Assembly (NCBI GenBank): GCA_049515535.1 | Contig: JBEKTZ010000004.1 | Location: forward strand, 265,462 to 298,607 | DNA length: 33,146 bases | Reading direction: 5' to 3' | Source of the DNA: Candidatus Aminicenantales bacterium | GTDB taxonomy: Bacteria; Acidobacteriota; Aminicenantia; Aminicenantales; UBA4085 | Part shown: positions 1-8,372 of the stretch, piece by piece | Layout of the letters: the number at the start of each line of letters is the position of its first letter | Position numbering within the stretch: position 1 is the stretch's first letter | The notes under the pieces: model-generated | The model's database searches: none | Told to the model about the DNA's origin: nothing | The model's input: the letters and a program-made list of their open reading frames with translations, nothing else | Program-made: the position numbers and the translations under genes

Positions 1-1261
1 AGACGAATTCCTCGGTATGTTCCTCGCCGGACCACCAGAACCAATCCGATCCTTCGGCAATCAGGATCTCTTCGATCGGGCCGCAGTCCTCCCGGGCGCG
101 GCTCAAGAGAGCCCAGGCCTCGTTTTTGGCCGGTGAGCCCGACCATTTGGAAAAGTTGCCGAGCCAGGTCCCGGGTTCCAGCTGGATGTCCCTGACGGGC
201 ATATGCCTCTCGAGATATTTTTCGAAAAAGATGGGTGTCACGAACTTCTCTTCGTTCAACCGGCCGAAGAATTCCCTGAGAAAAGGCACACCGTTCTGCC
301 GGTAAGAGCCCCAGGCGTTCTCCCCATCGAGGGCGAGAACGACGATGGCATCTTCCCCGCAAGAGGACCTTCGTTCCTTCAATCTTCGGAGGAAATCGGC
401 CACCGCGTCTTTTTCGTTCCAGTGCTGATATTCGAATCCGATGAGATCGGACAATTCCCGGTCGCGGAAGAATATCGAAAGGCCTTCCGCGACATAAGGG
501 ACATAAAGTTTTTTCCTGTCATAGGGCTCTCCAAGGCTCTTCCAAAGGACGTTTTCATCCGTCACCGCGAAGGCAAAACCGGCCGACGCGATGGCCGCCG
601 CTACGTCCTGGCTGATTCCTCCTTCGGACGGCCAAAGTCCCTTGGCTGCCCGGTCGAAAACCGCTCGAAAGAAATCGCGGCCGCGCTCGATGTGCTCCCG
701 TCCGTCATCCGGATATCGATAGGACGCAGCGGGCTTATCCTGTCCGGCCGCTCCGGAATCGAAAATCATGGGCAAAAGCGGATGGTAATAGGGAGAAACC
801 GTCAACTCGGCTTTGCCCTCTCGGCCGAGTCTATTCCATAAAGGCACCAATTGCCTGAGGATCTCTTTTTGCCTGTGAAGGAGTTCCTGCCGATCTTCCG
901 GGATGTCATCCATCGGCGAGAAAAAAGACCGGAGGGCCTTCGTTTGAAGCAGGGAAGCTTTTGTCTCATCGGGAATGAATTTGCGTAAGCGATCGATCTC
1001 GATCGGACCCAGATGATCGGCAGGAATCTCGATAGCCAGTCGAAAAGGATCGTTGGCGATCCCTTGGACGTAATCATCGATCTGTTCCAGAAGACAGGGA
1101 ACGAAATTATATGTGGACGGAAAACCCGTCTCTTCGACCAGGCGCGCCATCTGATAATAGTTTTTGGTCGCGTGGTAGTTGACCCACGGAAGCACATAAT
1201 CGTGGCTGCGCGGCCGGCGGTAGATCGGCTGGTGAAAATGCCAGAGGATCGCTAAGTACAT
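1..1261 (-). CDS. Glycoside hydrolase family 57 protein (3' end runs off the window; missing from the ORF track)
   Basis: Segments translated by hand from ATG 1261, all in one frame: MYLAILWHFHQP (GH57 N-terminal motif), LPWVNYH, GLWPSEGG (nucleophile Glu), LALDGENAW (acid/base Asp) and AEGSDWFWW. The start is 3 bp after the M28 stop. Confidence 0.9.
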   Translation of the reverse strand, partial: MYLAILWHFHQPIYRRPRSHDYVLPWVNYHATKNYYQMARLVEETGFPSTYNFVPCLLEQIDDYVQGIANDPFRLAIEIPADHLGPIEIDRLRKFIPDETKASLLQTKALRSFFSPMDDIPEDRQELLHRQKEILRQLVPLWNRLGREGKAELTVSPYYHPLLPMIFDSGAAGQDKPAASYRYPDDGREHIERGRDFFRAVFDRAAKGLWPSEGGISQDVAAAIASAGFAFAVTDENVLWKSLGEPYDRKKLYVPYVAEGLSIFFRDRELSDLIGFEYQHWNEKDAVADFLRRLKERRSSCGEDAIVVLALDGENAWGSYRQNGVPFLREFFGRLNEEKFVTPIFFEKYLERHMPVRDIQLEPGTWLGNFSKWSGSPAKNEAWALLSRAREDCGPIEEILIAEGSDWFWWSGEEHTEEFV

Positions 1262-1264
1262 ATT

Positions 1265-2665
1265 CTAAATTCCTTCTTGAGCGAGAATATAGGCGAAAAT
1301 GGCCATGACGACGGCCCCCAGCTCGAGCTCGCGCGGATGCACGCTTTCAAGGACATCCAGGCTCGAATGATGGACATCAAAATACCGTTGGGAGTCCGGG
1401 ACAAAACCCAGCGGGACGGTCCCCTGCTGGATCAGCGGGCTGATATCCGATCCGCCCCCCCCAGGCCGGACCCAGAGAATACCGGAAGGCTTGAGAAGGT
1501 AGTCCCACTTTCTCAGCTTTTCGAAAACTTCCGGGCTACCGCCAATCCCGAAGCCCAAGGGCAAGAAGCCTCCCCGGTCGGATTCCATGGCGGCTAAGTG
1601 CTTCTCATTTTTTCTTCCCGGGGCAACCGCGTAGTCCCGGCCGCCCGATGAGCCGAATTCTTCATTCATGAACAGGACCGCCCGAATCGTGCGTTTGGGC
1701 TTCAAGCCTTGTTCCTTGATCAGCCGCAGAGACTCCATGACCTGGACGCAGCCGGCGCCGTCGTCATGCGCCCCTGTCGCCAGGTCCCAGCTGTCGAGAT
1801 GGGCTCCGAGGAGAATGATCTCCTTCGGCCGCTCCGATCCGGTGATCTGGCCGACAACGTTGGACGATGCGACAGGGTCGAACTCGCGGCAGCCAAGCTT
1901 GAGATTCAGGGACAGGACGTGGCCTTTTTGGAGCCGTTCGCTCAAGCGATCTGAGGCCTGCGTCGAAAGAGCCGCTGCCGGAATTTTAGGAATTTTCGGA
2001 TCATACTGGACCATTCCGGCGTGCGGATGATCGTCCGTTCTCAGCGTCATGGAACGGACGAGGACCGCAATCGCCCCGCCCTTTGCGGCTTCGATCGCCC
2101 CCCGGGTCCGATATTGAGCGGCCTCACCGTAGGCTCGGAACGTGTCCATGAGGGCCGGATCCATGCGCTTGTTAAAGAAAACGATTTTTCCCTTGGCCTG
2201 CGCCCCGAGGCGTTGAAGTTCTTCGAAAGACCGGACTTCAAGGACCTGAGCCGTTATTCCCGCGTCCGGGGTCGGGATACTCCAACCCAGGGCCGTGACA
2301 GACAGAACGCGACTCCCCTTTTCCAAAGGATCCGCGATCTCGGCCGTTTCGACCCCGCGGACCCAATGCTGAACCATGGTCGGTTCGAGCCATGTTTGAA
2401 ATCCCATATCTTGCATCATTTTGCGCGTCAGCGCGACCGCCGCGGCGGCCTGGGGCGAGCCGCTGAGCCTGGGTCCGGCTTTTGTCGTCAGCTCGCGGAG
2501 CATGGGATAGGCAGATTCCCCGGTTAATCCGGCGACTCTGATCTTTTCAGCGATGTCCGCATATTTTTGAGGGGGTCCCTGGATTTGGGCTATGGAAGAA
2601 ACGGCGGGCCCGAATATTAAGATCAGAAACAGGCCGATCGCGAAGACAGGGAAGAACCGATCCAC
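1265..2665 (-). CDS. Secreted M28 family metallopeptidase (carboxypeptidase Q-like, with PA domain)
   Basis: Metal-binding motifs GAHLDSWD, GAHDDGAG, NEEFG, ESD and HHS..D, plus GPRLSGS and a hydrophobic signal peptide. GTG 2665 chosen as start because the ORF-track start (2758) overlaps the upstream gene. Confidence 0.88.
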   Translation of the reverse strand: MDRFFPVFAIGLFLILIFGPAVSSIAQIQGPPQKYADIAEKIRVAGLTGESAYPMLRELTTKAGPRLSGSPQAAAAVALTRKMMQDMGFQTWLEPTMVQHWVRGVETAEIADPLEKGSRVLSVTALGWSIPTPDAGITAQVLEVRSFEELQRLGAQAKGKIVFFNKRMDPALMDTFRAYGEAAQYRTRGAIEAAKGGAIAVLVRSMTLRTDDHPHAGMVQYDPKIPKIPAAALSTQASDRLSERLQKGHVLSLNLKLGCREFDPVASSNVVGQITGSERPKEIILLGAHLDSWDLATGAHDDGAGCVQVMESLRLIKEQGLKPKRTIRAVLFMNEEFGSSGGRDYAVAPGRKNEKHLAAMESDRGGFLPLGFGIGGSPEVFEKLRKWDYLLKPSGILWVRPGGGGSDISPLIQQGTVPLGFVPDSQRYFDVHHSSLDVLESVHPRELELGAVVMAIFAYILAQEGI

Positions 2666-2721
2666 GCGACTGCGCTTTGACCACGGAGCAACTGCTTGAA
2701 GAGGGCCGCGGCCGAGGTCGA

Positions 2722-3201
2722 TCAGGCTTTCTTGTCTTTGAGCTTGAAAAACAGCCAATTTTTATCCTTAGGGTCCAGGGCTTCCATCTTAATGAGACAA
2801 AACTTCCCCTTGAGTTTCCGTCCGCGGATCTCGAATAGGCGTTTCACGCGATCCGTTTCGAGCGGATGGTACGTTCCCTTGTCCCATATCTCCACGGTCC
2901 CGGCTCCGTATTCTCCTTCGGGTATGGTCCCTTCAAAGTCCGCGTATTCGATCGTATGGTCCTCCACCTGAACGGCCAGCCGGCGGATTCCCGCTTCGGC
3001 CGGCGGTTCCTTCGGGATCGCCCAGCTTTTCAGCGAGCCGTCATCTTCCAGGCGGAGATCCCAATGGAGACGCCGGGCCTGATGCCGCTGGATCACATAG
3101 ATCAAGCCTTTCCTGTTCCCGTTCTTGGGCTCGGGCCGCGAGGGCTTGGGCTCGGGCGTCTTATCAAAATTCCGTTTCTTCGCGTATTCCTTGAGACTCA
3201 T
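2722..3201 (-). CDS. Stand-alone LigD 3'-phosphoesterase domain protein
   Basis: LKEYAKKRNFDKTPEP, YVIQRHQARRLHWDLRLE, SWAIPK and EDH..EYADFEGTIPEGEYGAGTVEIWDKG are LigD PE-domain signatures. No polymerase or ligase domain is present. Confidence 0.92.
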   Translation of the reverse strand: MSLKEYAKKRNFDKTPEPKPSRPEPKNGNRKGLIYVIQRHQARRLHWDLRLEDDGSLKSWAIPKEPPAEAGIRRLAVQVEDHTIEYADFEGTIPEGEYGAGTVEIWDKGTYHPLETDRVKRLFEIRGRKLKGKFCLIKMEALDPKDKNWLFFKLKDKKA

Positions 3202-3225
3202 TGAGGATGGATCCGTCGGCAAGGC

Positions 3226-4311
3226 TCAGCGATGGAGGAAGCACCGCTCGCAATCCACTTCACCGGGTTTCCGCGTGACGATCATCGCGATCTTGTATTC
3301 ATCGGCCTTGGCGATGACCTCCTCGTCTTTGACTGAACCGAGCGGGTAAATCAGAGCTGTGATGCCGTGCCGCGCCGCGAGTTCGACGACATCGGGAAAC
3401 GGCATGAAGGCGTCCGAGGCAAGAACGCATCCTTCCGGTCCGTAGCCGCGGCGCGAAAGCCGGATGGCGTTTTCCGCCGAATCGATCCGGCTTCTTTGTC
3501 CGGATCCGATGCCGTGGACTTTGTCGGCCTTGCCGATGACGACCGCGTTCGAGCGCGTGTAACAAGCGATCGTCCAGTTAAATATGGCAGCCTGGAGCTC
3601 CTCTTCCGTCGGCTTTCGCTCGGAAACTACGTCCACGGATTCCGGCGATACGATCTTGGAATCGAATCGCTTCTGGACGAGCAAACCTCCTGCGACTCTT
3701 TTGAATTCCAGGCCGTTGTCGACGGAGGGCTCGGTCAGGGGAGCTCCCATCTTGACGACGCGAAGAGGTTTCCGCGTCGCCAAGATGTCGAGAGCGTCCG
3801 GGACGAAATCAGGCGCGTAAATGACCTCGATGTTTCTCGGGCTTTCAACGAGGAGGCGGGCCAGCCCGGCATTGACCGAGAAATTGAAAACGTCGACACT
3901 GCCGAAGTTCGAAAGGCGGTCACATTTCCAGGCCTTTTCGAACGTTTCTTCCGGAGTGTCGCCCAAAGCCACGCCGCTCGGCATCTCGTGCTTGATCAGA
4001 ACGCAAACGTGTTGATCTTTATAAATCTCGGTCAACTTCTTCGCCAGACGCTGGCCGAGATCCATGTCGCCGACGTTGATGTAGCCCAGACCTTTGCTGC
4101 CCTCTTGAAGGACCTGGAGGGTCGCCATGTTGGGCCCTCCGGCTTTTTCTTCGACGTAGAATGCGGCCGGATAGCCGGGGTTTTCGCCGTAGCGCATGGA
4201 CAGGCGCTTCAAAAAGTTCTTGTTTCCGAAGGACATGAGTTCCGGAAAATCCTCTTTGATCTTCTTGAAATACTGTTTACGGGCAGAAGCGTCGGGCTTT
4301 TCCTTGCTCAT
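3226..4311 (-). CDS. purH: AICAR transformylase (PurH C-terminal domain only)
   Basis: RYGENP, KH..P.GVA, SNAVV, GSGQRSRIDS and ASDAFMPFPD..GSVKD. At 361 aa it lacks the N-terminal MGS-like IMP cyclohydrolase domain. Confidence 0.88.
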   Translation of the reverse strand: MSKEKPDASARKQYFKKIKEDFPELMSFGNKNFLKRLSMRYGENPGYPAAFYVEEKAGGPNMATLQVLQEGSKGLGYINVGDMDLGQRLAKKLTEIYKDQHVCVLIKHEMPSGVALGDTPEETFEKAWKCDRLSNFGSVDVFNFSVNAGLARLLVESPRNIEVIYAPDFVPDALDILATRKPLRVVKMGAPLTEPSVDNGLEFKRVAGGLLVQKRFDSKIVSPESVDVVSERKPTEEELQAAIFNWTIACYTRSNAVVIGKADKVHGIGSGQRSRIDSAENAIRLSRRGYGPEGCVLASDAFMPFPDVVELAARHGITALIYPLGSVKDEEVIAKADEYKIAMIVTRKPGEVDCERCFLHR

Positions 4312-5042
4312 GTCGTCGTCCTTTCGTGGCGGTTGATGATATGCAGATGATGTTCCGTCATGTCGGAAGCCCGGCCGAACACGCAGGCCACCGCCACGCG
4401 TAAATCTTTCTCTCCTTCACGGGGAGCCAGGGCCGCATAAGCGGCCTCGGCCATGGCAGGGGCCGAGGTTTCCTTAAGCTCGAGGTCGAGCGGTTCGCCT
4501 CTGAAAGACGGCAGCGGATCCGTATTCTCTCCGGCATAAGTCGAAATCATCCGGCCTTTCCCTGAGGCGAGCGGCAGCTCGAAAAACGAGCGAAGGGAAC
4601 TTCCGTCTTCCGCGCGCCGGATCACGTTGAGCGCCGCTCTATTCGAGGCAAGGATACAGCCGCTGATGCGGGGCGTGAAGATGGGAGCGTCCGGTTCGTA
4701 GGACCAGTTCTGTAAGGCGAGAGAAAGGACTTCGACCGGATTTCGCGAGGATCCGGCGTCGATATCGGCCGTCTGCCTGCCGTTACTGACCGCTAAACCT
4801 CGTCCCAAGACGAGCGCCGGATAGACGAGAAGTTCCGGATTCCCTTTCTTCAGGACGTCCGGATCGGTCGGTTTCGTCCAGATCGCGTCCTTTTCAAGGA
4901 CCAATTGCCGGGCCTGGCTCGACGGCGAGCGTCCGGTGACGGCATAAATAACGACATTGAACGTGCCGGACGCCTCTCTTCCGACGATAATCAGCCGGCC
5001 CGGATAGGTCAACCGGCCGAGAGTGGCCATGAAGGTGCTCAT
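4308..5042 (-). CDS. IMP cyclohydrolase-like protein (PurO-type Ntn fold)
   Basis: YPGRLIIVG, YAVTGRSPSSQAR, LLVYP, VSNGRQT, YEPDAPIFTPRISG and STY..NTDPLPSF.GEP. GGGAGA RBS before ATG 5042; ATGA overlap with purH. Confidence 0.85.
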   Translation of the reverse strand: MSTFMATLGRLTYPGRLIIVGREASGTFNVVIYAVTGRSPSSQARQLVLEKDAIWTKPTDPDVLKKGNPELLVYPALVLGRGLAVSNGRQTADIDAGSSRNPVEVLSLALQNWSYEPDAPIFTPRISGCILASNRAALNVIRRAEDGSSLRSFFELPLASGKGRMISTYAGENTDPLPSFRGEPLDLELKETSAPAMAEAAYAALAPREGEKDLRVAVACVFGRASDMTEHHLHIINRHERTTT

Positions 5043-5089
5043 GTCTTCTCCCTTCAATTGTTGGCACCTATAGATACCATAGCCCCGGA

Positions 5090-5118
5090 TTGAAGTCAAA
5101 ATGCCTTTAGGCTAAAAT
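5090..5118 (+). promoter_or_regulatory. Putative sigma70 promoter for the LOG gene
   Basis: TTGAAG (5090-5095)-N17-TAAAAT (5113-5118). Confidence 0.5.
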
Positions 5119-5142
5119 GAATTCTCTTGAAATGAGGGCGAA

Positions 5143-5895
5143 ATGAACGACATCATCATTCCGAAAAGGGCTTACGACAATCCCGAATTCCTGGCGTCTC
5201 CGGAAGCTCGGACGATCCGTATCCTGAGCGAATACCTTGAGCCGCTGTCGAGGTTCGACCGCTTGAAGGTCAACTCAACGATCCTTTTTCTCGGCTCGGC
5301 CCAGGCTGACGAACGGAAGAAGCGCTCGCCCTTGTATAAATACTATTGGGAGGCCGAGGACCTGGCCTTCCGGCTCACGAAATGGGCCATCCCTCTGAAG
5401 CCCCAAGGTAAAAACTTCGTCGTTTGCACTGGGGCGGGACCCGGGATCATGGAAGCCGCCAACCGCGGGGCGAGGCGAGCGGGCGGGAAAACGATCGGAT
5501 TGAACATCTCCCTCCCCCATGAACAGAAACCAAACCCTTTTATCTCACCCGATCTCGCCTTCACTTTTCACTACTTCTTCATGCGCAAGTTCTGGCTGAT
5601 CTCGCGAGCTAAGGCGGTGATCGCCTTTCCGGGCGGATACGGGACATGCGACGAACTGTTCGAAATGCTGACCCTCGTCCAGACCGGAAAAATAGAGCGG
5701 GAGGATGTCGTCATCGTTCTCTATGGCGAAAAATACTGGAGAAAAATCCTGAACTTCGAAGCCATGATCGCGGCGCGAGCGATCACTCCGGAAGATACCG
5801 CTTTGTTCACCTTTGTCTCGGAGCCGGGGAAGGCGTTTTCCTTCCTAAGGAAAAAGTTGATGAAATTCTGCCGGGTTATGGGACCTCTATCCTGA
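5143..5895 (+). CDS. LOG family nucleotide 5'-monophosphate nucleosidase (TIGR00730-like)
   Basis: TGAGPGIMEAANRGA, GLNISLPHEQ.PN, FHYFFMRK and FPGGYGTCDELFE motifs. Confidence 0.92.
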   Translation: MNDIIIPKRAYDNPEFLASPEARTIRILSEYLEPLSRFDRLKVNSTILFLGSAQADERKKRSPLYKYYWEAEDLAFRLTKWAIPLKPQGKNFVVCTGAGPGIMEAANRGARRAGGKTIGLNISLPHEQKPNPFISPDLAFTFHYFFMRKFWLISRAKAVIAFPGGYGTCDELFEMLTLVQTGKIEREDVVIVLYGEKYWRKILNFEAMIAARAITPEDTALFTFVSEPGKAFSFLRKKLMKFCRVMGPLS

Positions 5896-5983
5896 CGATG
5901 TCCTGCGCCTGATTCAGATTTCATCAATAATAAAAGTCCCTGGCCGTGTCCGAAGGTGAGAGGAAGAGAATTCAGGGGACCGC

Positions 5984-6373
5984 TCAGAATCGGGAAAGTT
6001 TCTTGTCTTTAGGCTCAAGACGCCGCATGATCCAACGGAAAAAGACAATTCCCGCGGCTATTCCTACCGCGTCCGTGGCGGCATCCCAAAAGTCGGCATT
6101 TCGTCCGGGGACGAAGAATTGATGAAATTCGTCCAGAAGGCCGAGACCGGCGCCGAGGAGAAAAACGAAAATGAATTTCCTTGGCCATGGGGATTTGAAT
6201 CCCTTATCGAACGCCCGGGCAAGAAGAAAGCCCAATCCTCCGAATTCCGCGGCGTGGACGATTTTATCAAAACCGTTAAAAGGTTCGGCCACGGGAAAAT
6301 GCGACCGGGATGACAAATAAAAAATGACGGCGTAGTAGACCACGAGCGGAAGGAAATGGAGGAATTTTTTCAT
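5984..6373 (-). CDS. VanZ family membrane protein
   Basis: IFYLSS, DKIVHAAEFGGLG and DEFHQFFVPGR....D...D motifs; several hydrophobic helices. Confidence 0.88.
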   Translation of the reverse strand: MKKFLHFLPLVVYYAVIFYLSSRSHFPVAEPFNGFDKIVHAAEFGGLGFLLARAFDKGFKSPWPRKFIFVFLLGAGLGLLDEFHQFFVPGRNADFWDAATDAVGIAAGIVFFRWIMRRLEPKDKKLSRF

Positions 6374-6559
6374 TGATTCATGATGTCCATGTATTTTACC
6401 GGAATCGAGAGAAGGAATCCACGATTCCTCCCGAATATCCTCAAGGATGACGCGGGCCCCATCGCCGGAGGTGAGAAAAAGGGGGCATTATTCACGCGCG
6501 GTATCACCTGCCTCGGCGATTGCCCCATTCCCGGGAGGCTGGCAAAATAAGCACGTGCC

Positions 6560-7210
6560 ATGATTATGCAAAGACGTTTGGCCTCGATCAGGATGCTGGC
6601 CTGTTGGTTATGCATTCTGGGCTTTATCGCCTCCTGCTCCCGGATAAAATATTTCCCCGGCGGCGGGGACCTCCAGACCGGGATCGCCTCCTGGTACGGC
6701 TCGGATTTCCACGGGAAGCGAACCTCCAACAAAGAAATCTACAACATGTTCGATATGACGGCCGCCCATCCGACGCTTCCCTTCGGCACCCGGGTCATGG
6801 TGACGAATCTGAACAACGGAAGATCGGCTTCAGTCCGGATCAACGATCGAGGTCCGTTCGTCGGCGACCGGATCATCGATCTTTCCTATGCGGCCGCCTG
6901 CCTCATCGATATGGTCGGATGCGGCATCGCGCCGGTCCGGGTCGAAGTCTTGAGCCCTCCGTCGCCGCCCTCCTCTTCCCCGCCCGTTTACTCGATCCAG
7001 GTGGGGTCTTTCATCTACGAAGATCACGCCAAGGATCTGGAGACCGTCCTGCGAAAGAAGTTCAGAAACGTTTATATCGCCGCTTACGAAACACCCCGTC
7101 AGATCTACTTCCGCGTGAGGATCAAAGCAAAAGACCTCGAGTCCTCGAAGAGCATCGCTCAAAAGCTTTGCGAGGACGGCTACAAAGTCCTCATCCTGGA
7201 AGAAGAATAA
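6560..7210 (+). CDS. rlpA: Septal ring lytic transglycosylase RlpA lipoprotein (DPBB + SPOR domains)
   Basis: Lipobox IASC; ASWYG..FHG..T, TAAHPTLPFGT and VRINDRGPF..DRIIDLS; C-terminal SPOR-like YSIQVGSF...FRVRI. Confidence 0.92.
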   Translation: MIMQRRLASIRMLACWLCILGFIASCSRIKYFPGGGDLQTGIASWYGSDFHGKRTSNKEIYNMFDMTAAHPTLPFGTRVMVTNLNNGRSASVRINDRGPFVGDRIIDLSYAAACLIDMVGCGIAPVRVEVLSPPSPPSSSPPVYSIQVGSFIYEDHAKDLETVLRKKFRNVYIAAYETPRQIYFRVRIKAKDLESSKSIAQKLCEDGYKVLILEEE

Positions 7211-7226
7211 CCGGCCTTCTTCTTCC
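7198..7226. terminator. Hairpin across the rlpA stop in a convergent gap (possible terminator)
   Basis: GGAAGAAGAA (7198-7207) and TTCTTCTTCC (7217-7226) form a perfect 10-bp inverted repeat. There is no clean U-tract. Confidence 0.35.
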
Positions 7227-7270
7227 GCTTCTTCCTCGTCCCCATTAAAGGATGAGACGAGATCGTCCAT

Positions 7271-8344
7271 TTATGTTTTGTAGAGATAGGCACATTCCCG
7301 CAATCCGTTCTTCTGCCCGTCATGGACCGCGTATTGGGATCCGCTCCACATCGTCGCGCCCCCGAACTCGCCTTTTTTATTGAGGGCATAGAAGTTCAAA
7401 CCGAAGGAAGGTCGGCCGTCGGCATTCACCAGATTCAAAGCGTGCGGCCAGAGTTTCGCTTTTTCCGAAATCTTCTCGAGCGTCTTAAGGCAGGCCTGTT
7501 CGGGCGATATCCCTTGTCCCATGAAATTCACGATCTGAAAGCTGGCGCAGGTCCGGATGTTGGCTTCGCCGAGTCCGGTCGAGCCCGCCGCGCCGATCGC
7601 GTTATCCACGTAGAGGCCGGCGCCAATGATCGGCGAATCGCCGACCCGTCCCGGGATTTTCCAGGACAGGCCGCTCGTCGTCGTGACGCCGGCCAGACGG
7701 CCATGGGCATCGACGGCGATGCAATTGATCGTTCCATGGGTCATCATCGCGGGCTGGAGGGCTTCGGGCAGCTTCTTGATTTCGGCGGGGAGCCAATTGT
7801 CCTTGTCGGACAAAGTCTCTTTCCAGCGCAGCCAGGCCTCGCGCGCTTTGTCCGTGAGGAGATCCTCTTTCTTGAAGCCGTGGGCCAAGGCGAATTTGAG
7901 CGCGCCTTTGCCGACAAGCAGGCAGTGCGTGGTCCGTTCCATCACCAGCCGGGCGACTTTGGACGGATTCTTGATGTGCTGGATCGAGGCGACCGCGCCC
8001 GAGGCGTGGGTCGGTCCGTCCATGACCGATGCGTCGAGCTCGACGACGCCGTCCTCGTTGGGCAGCCCACCGTAGCCGACGGACATATCGTCGGGATCGT
8101 CCTCGACGATGTTGACGCCGGCAATCACGGCCTCGAGCGGATCGCCTCCTTTTTTGAGAATTTCCATCGCCTTGTCCGAAGCCCGGATGCCGTTTCCGGA
8201 AGAAACGACCCTCATGACGCCGGCTGCGGCCGGTATGGACTGCGGCCCAGAAGCGAAAAGATCTTCGCCCTTTCCTGCGAGCGTCGCTGCGCCTAGGGTC
8301 ACGCCGGTCTTGATAAAATCCCTTCTCGAAAATCGATGACTCAT
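7271..8344 (-). CDS. Tat-exported N(4)-(beta-N-acetylglucosaminyl)-L-asparaginase / isoaspartyl peptidase (Ntn hydrolase)
   Basis: Tat motif SRRDFIK; SVGYGGLP, ELDASVMDG, autocleavage site HG/TI, TTTSG, GRVGDSPIIGAG and STGLGE. AAGGAGG RBS before ATG 8344. Confidence 0.9.
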   Translation of the reverse strand: MSHRFSRRDFIKTGVTLGAATLAGKGEDLFASGPQSIPAAAGVMRVVSSGNGIRASDKAMEILKKGGDPLEAVIAGVNIVEDDPDDMSVGYGGLPNEDGVVELDASVMDGPTHASGAVASIQHIKNPSKVARLVMERTTHCLLVGKGALKFALAHGFKKEDLLTDKAREAWLRWKETLSDKDNWLPAEIKKLPEALQPAMMTHGTINCIAVDAHGRLAGVTTTSGLSWKIPGRVGDSPIIGAGLYVDNAIGAAGSTGLGEANIRTCASFQIVNFMGQGISPEQACLKTLEKISEKAKLWPHALNLVNADGRPSFGLNFYALNKKGEFGGATMWSGSQYAVHDGQKNGLRECAYLYKT

Positions 8345-8372
8345 CGTGGCCTCCTTGGAATTCAAATAAAAT

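Noticed and set aside
203..1255. ORF-track ORFs 203-841 (+), 802-1197 (-) and 1013-1255 (+)
   Set aside because: They are shadows of the minus-strand GH57 gene, which the track missed because it has no stop codon inside the window.
6540..6560. TGGCAC on the minus strand as a sigma54 promoter for vanZ
   Set aside because: The following TTGC is not at GG-N10-GC spacing.
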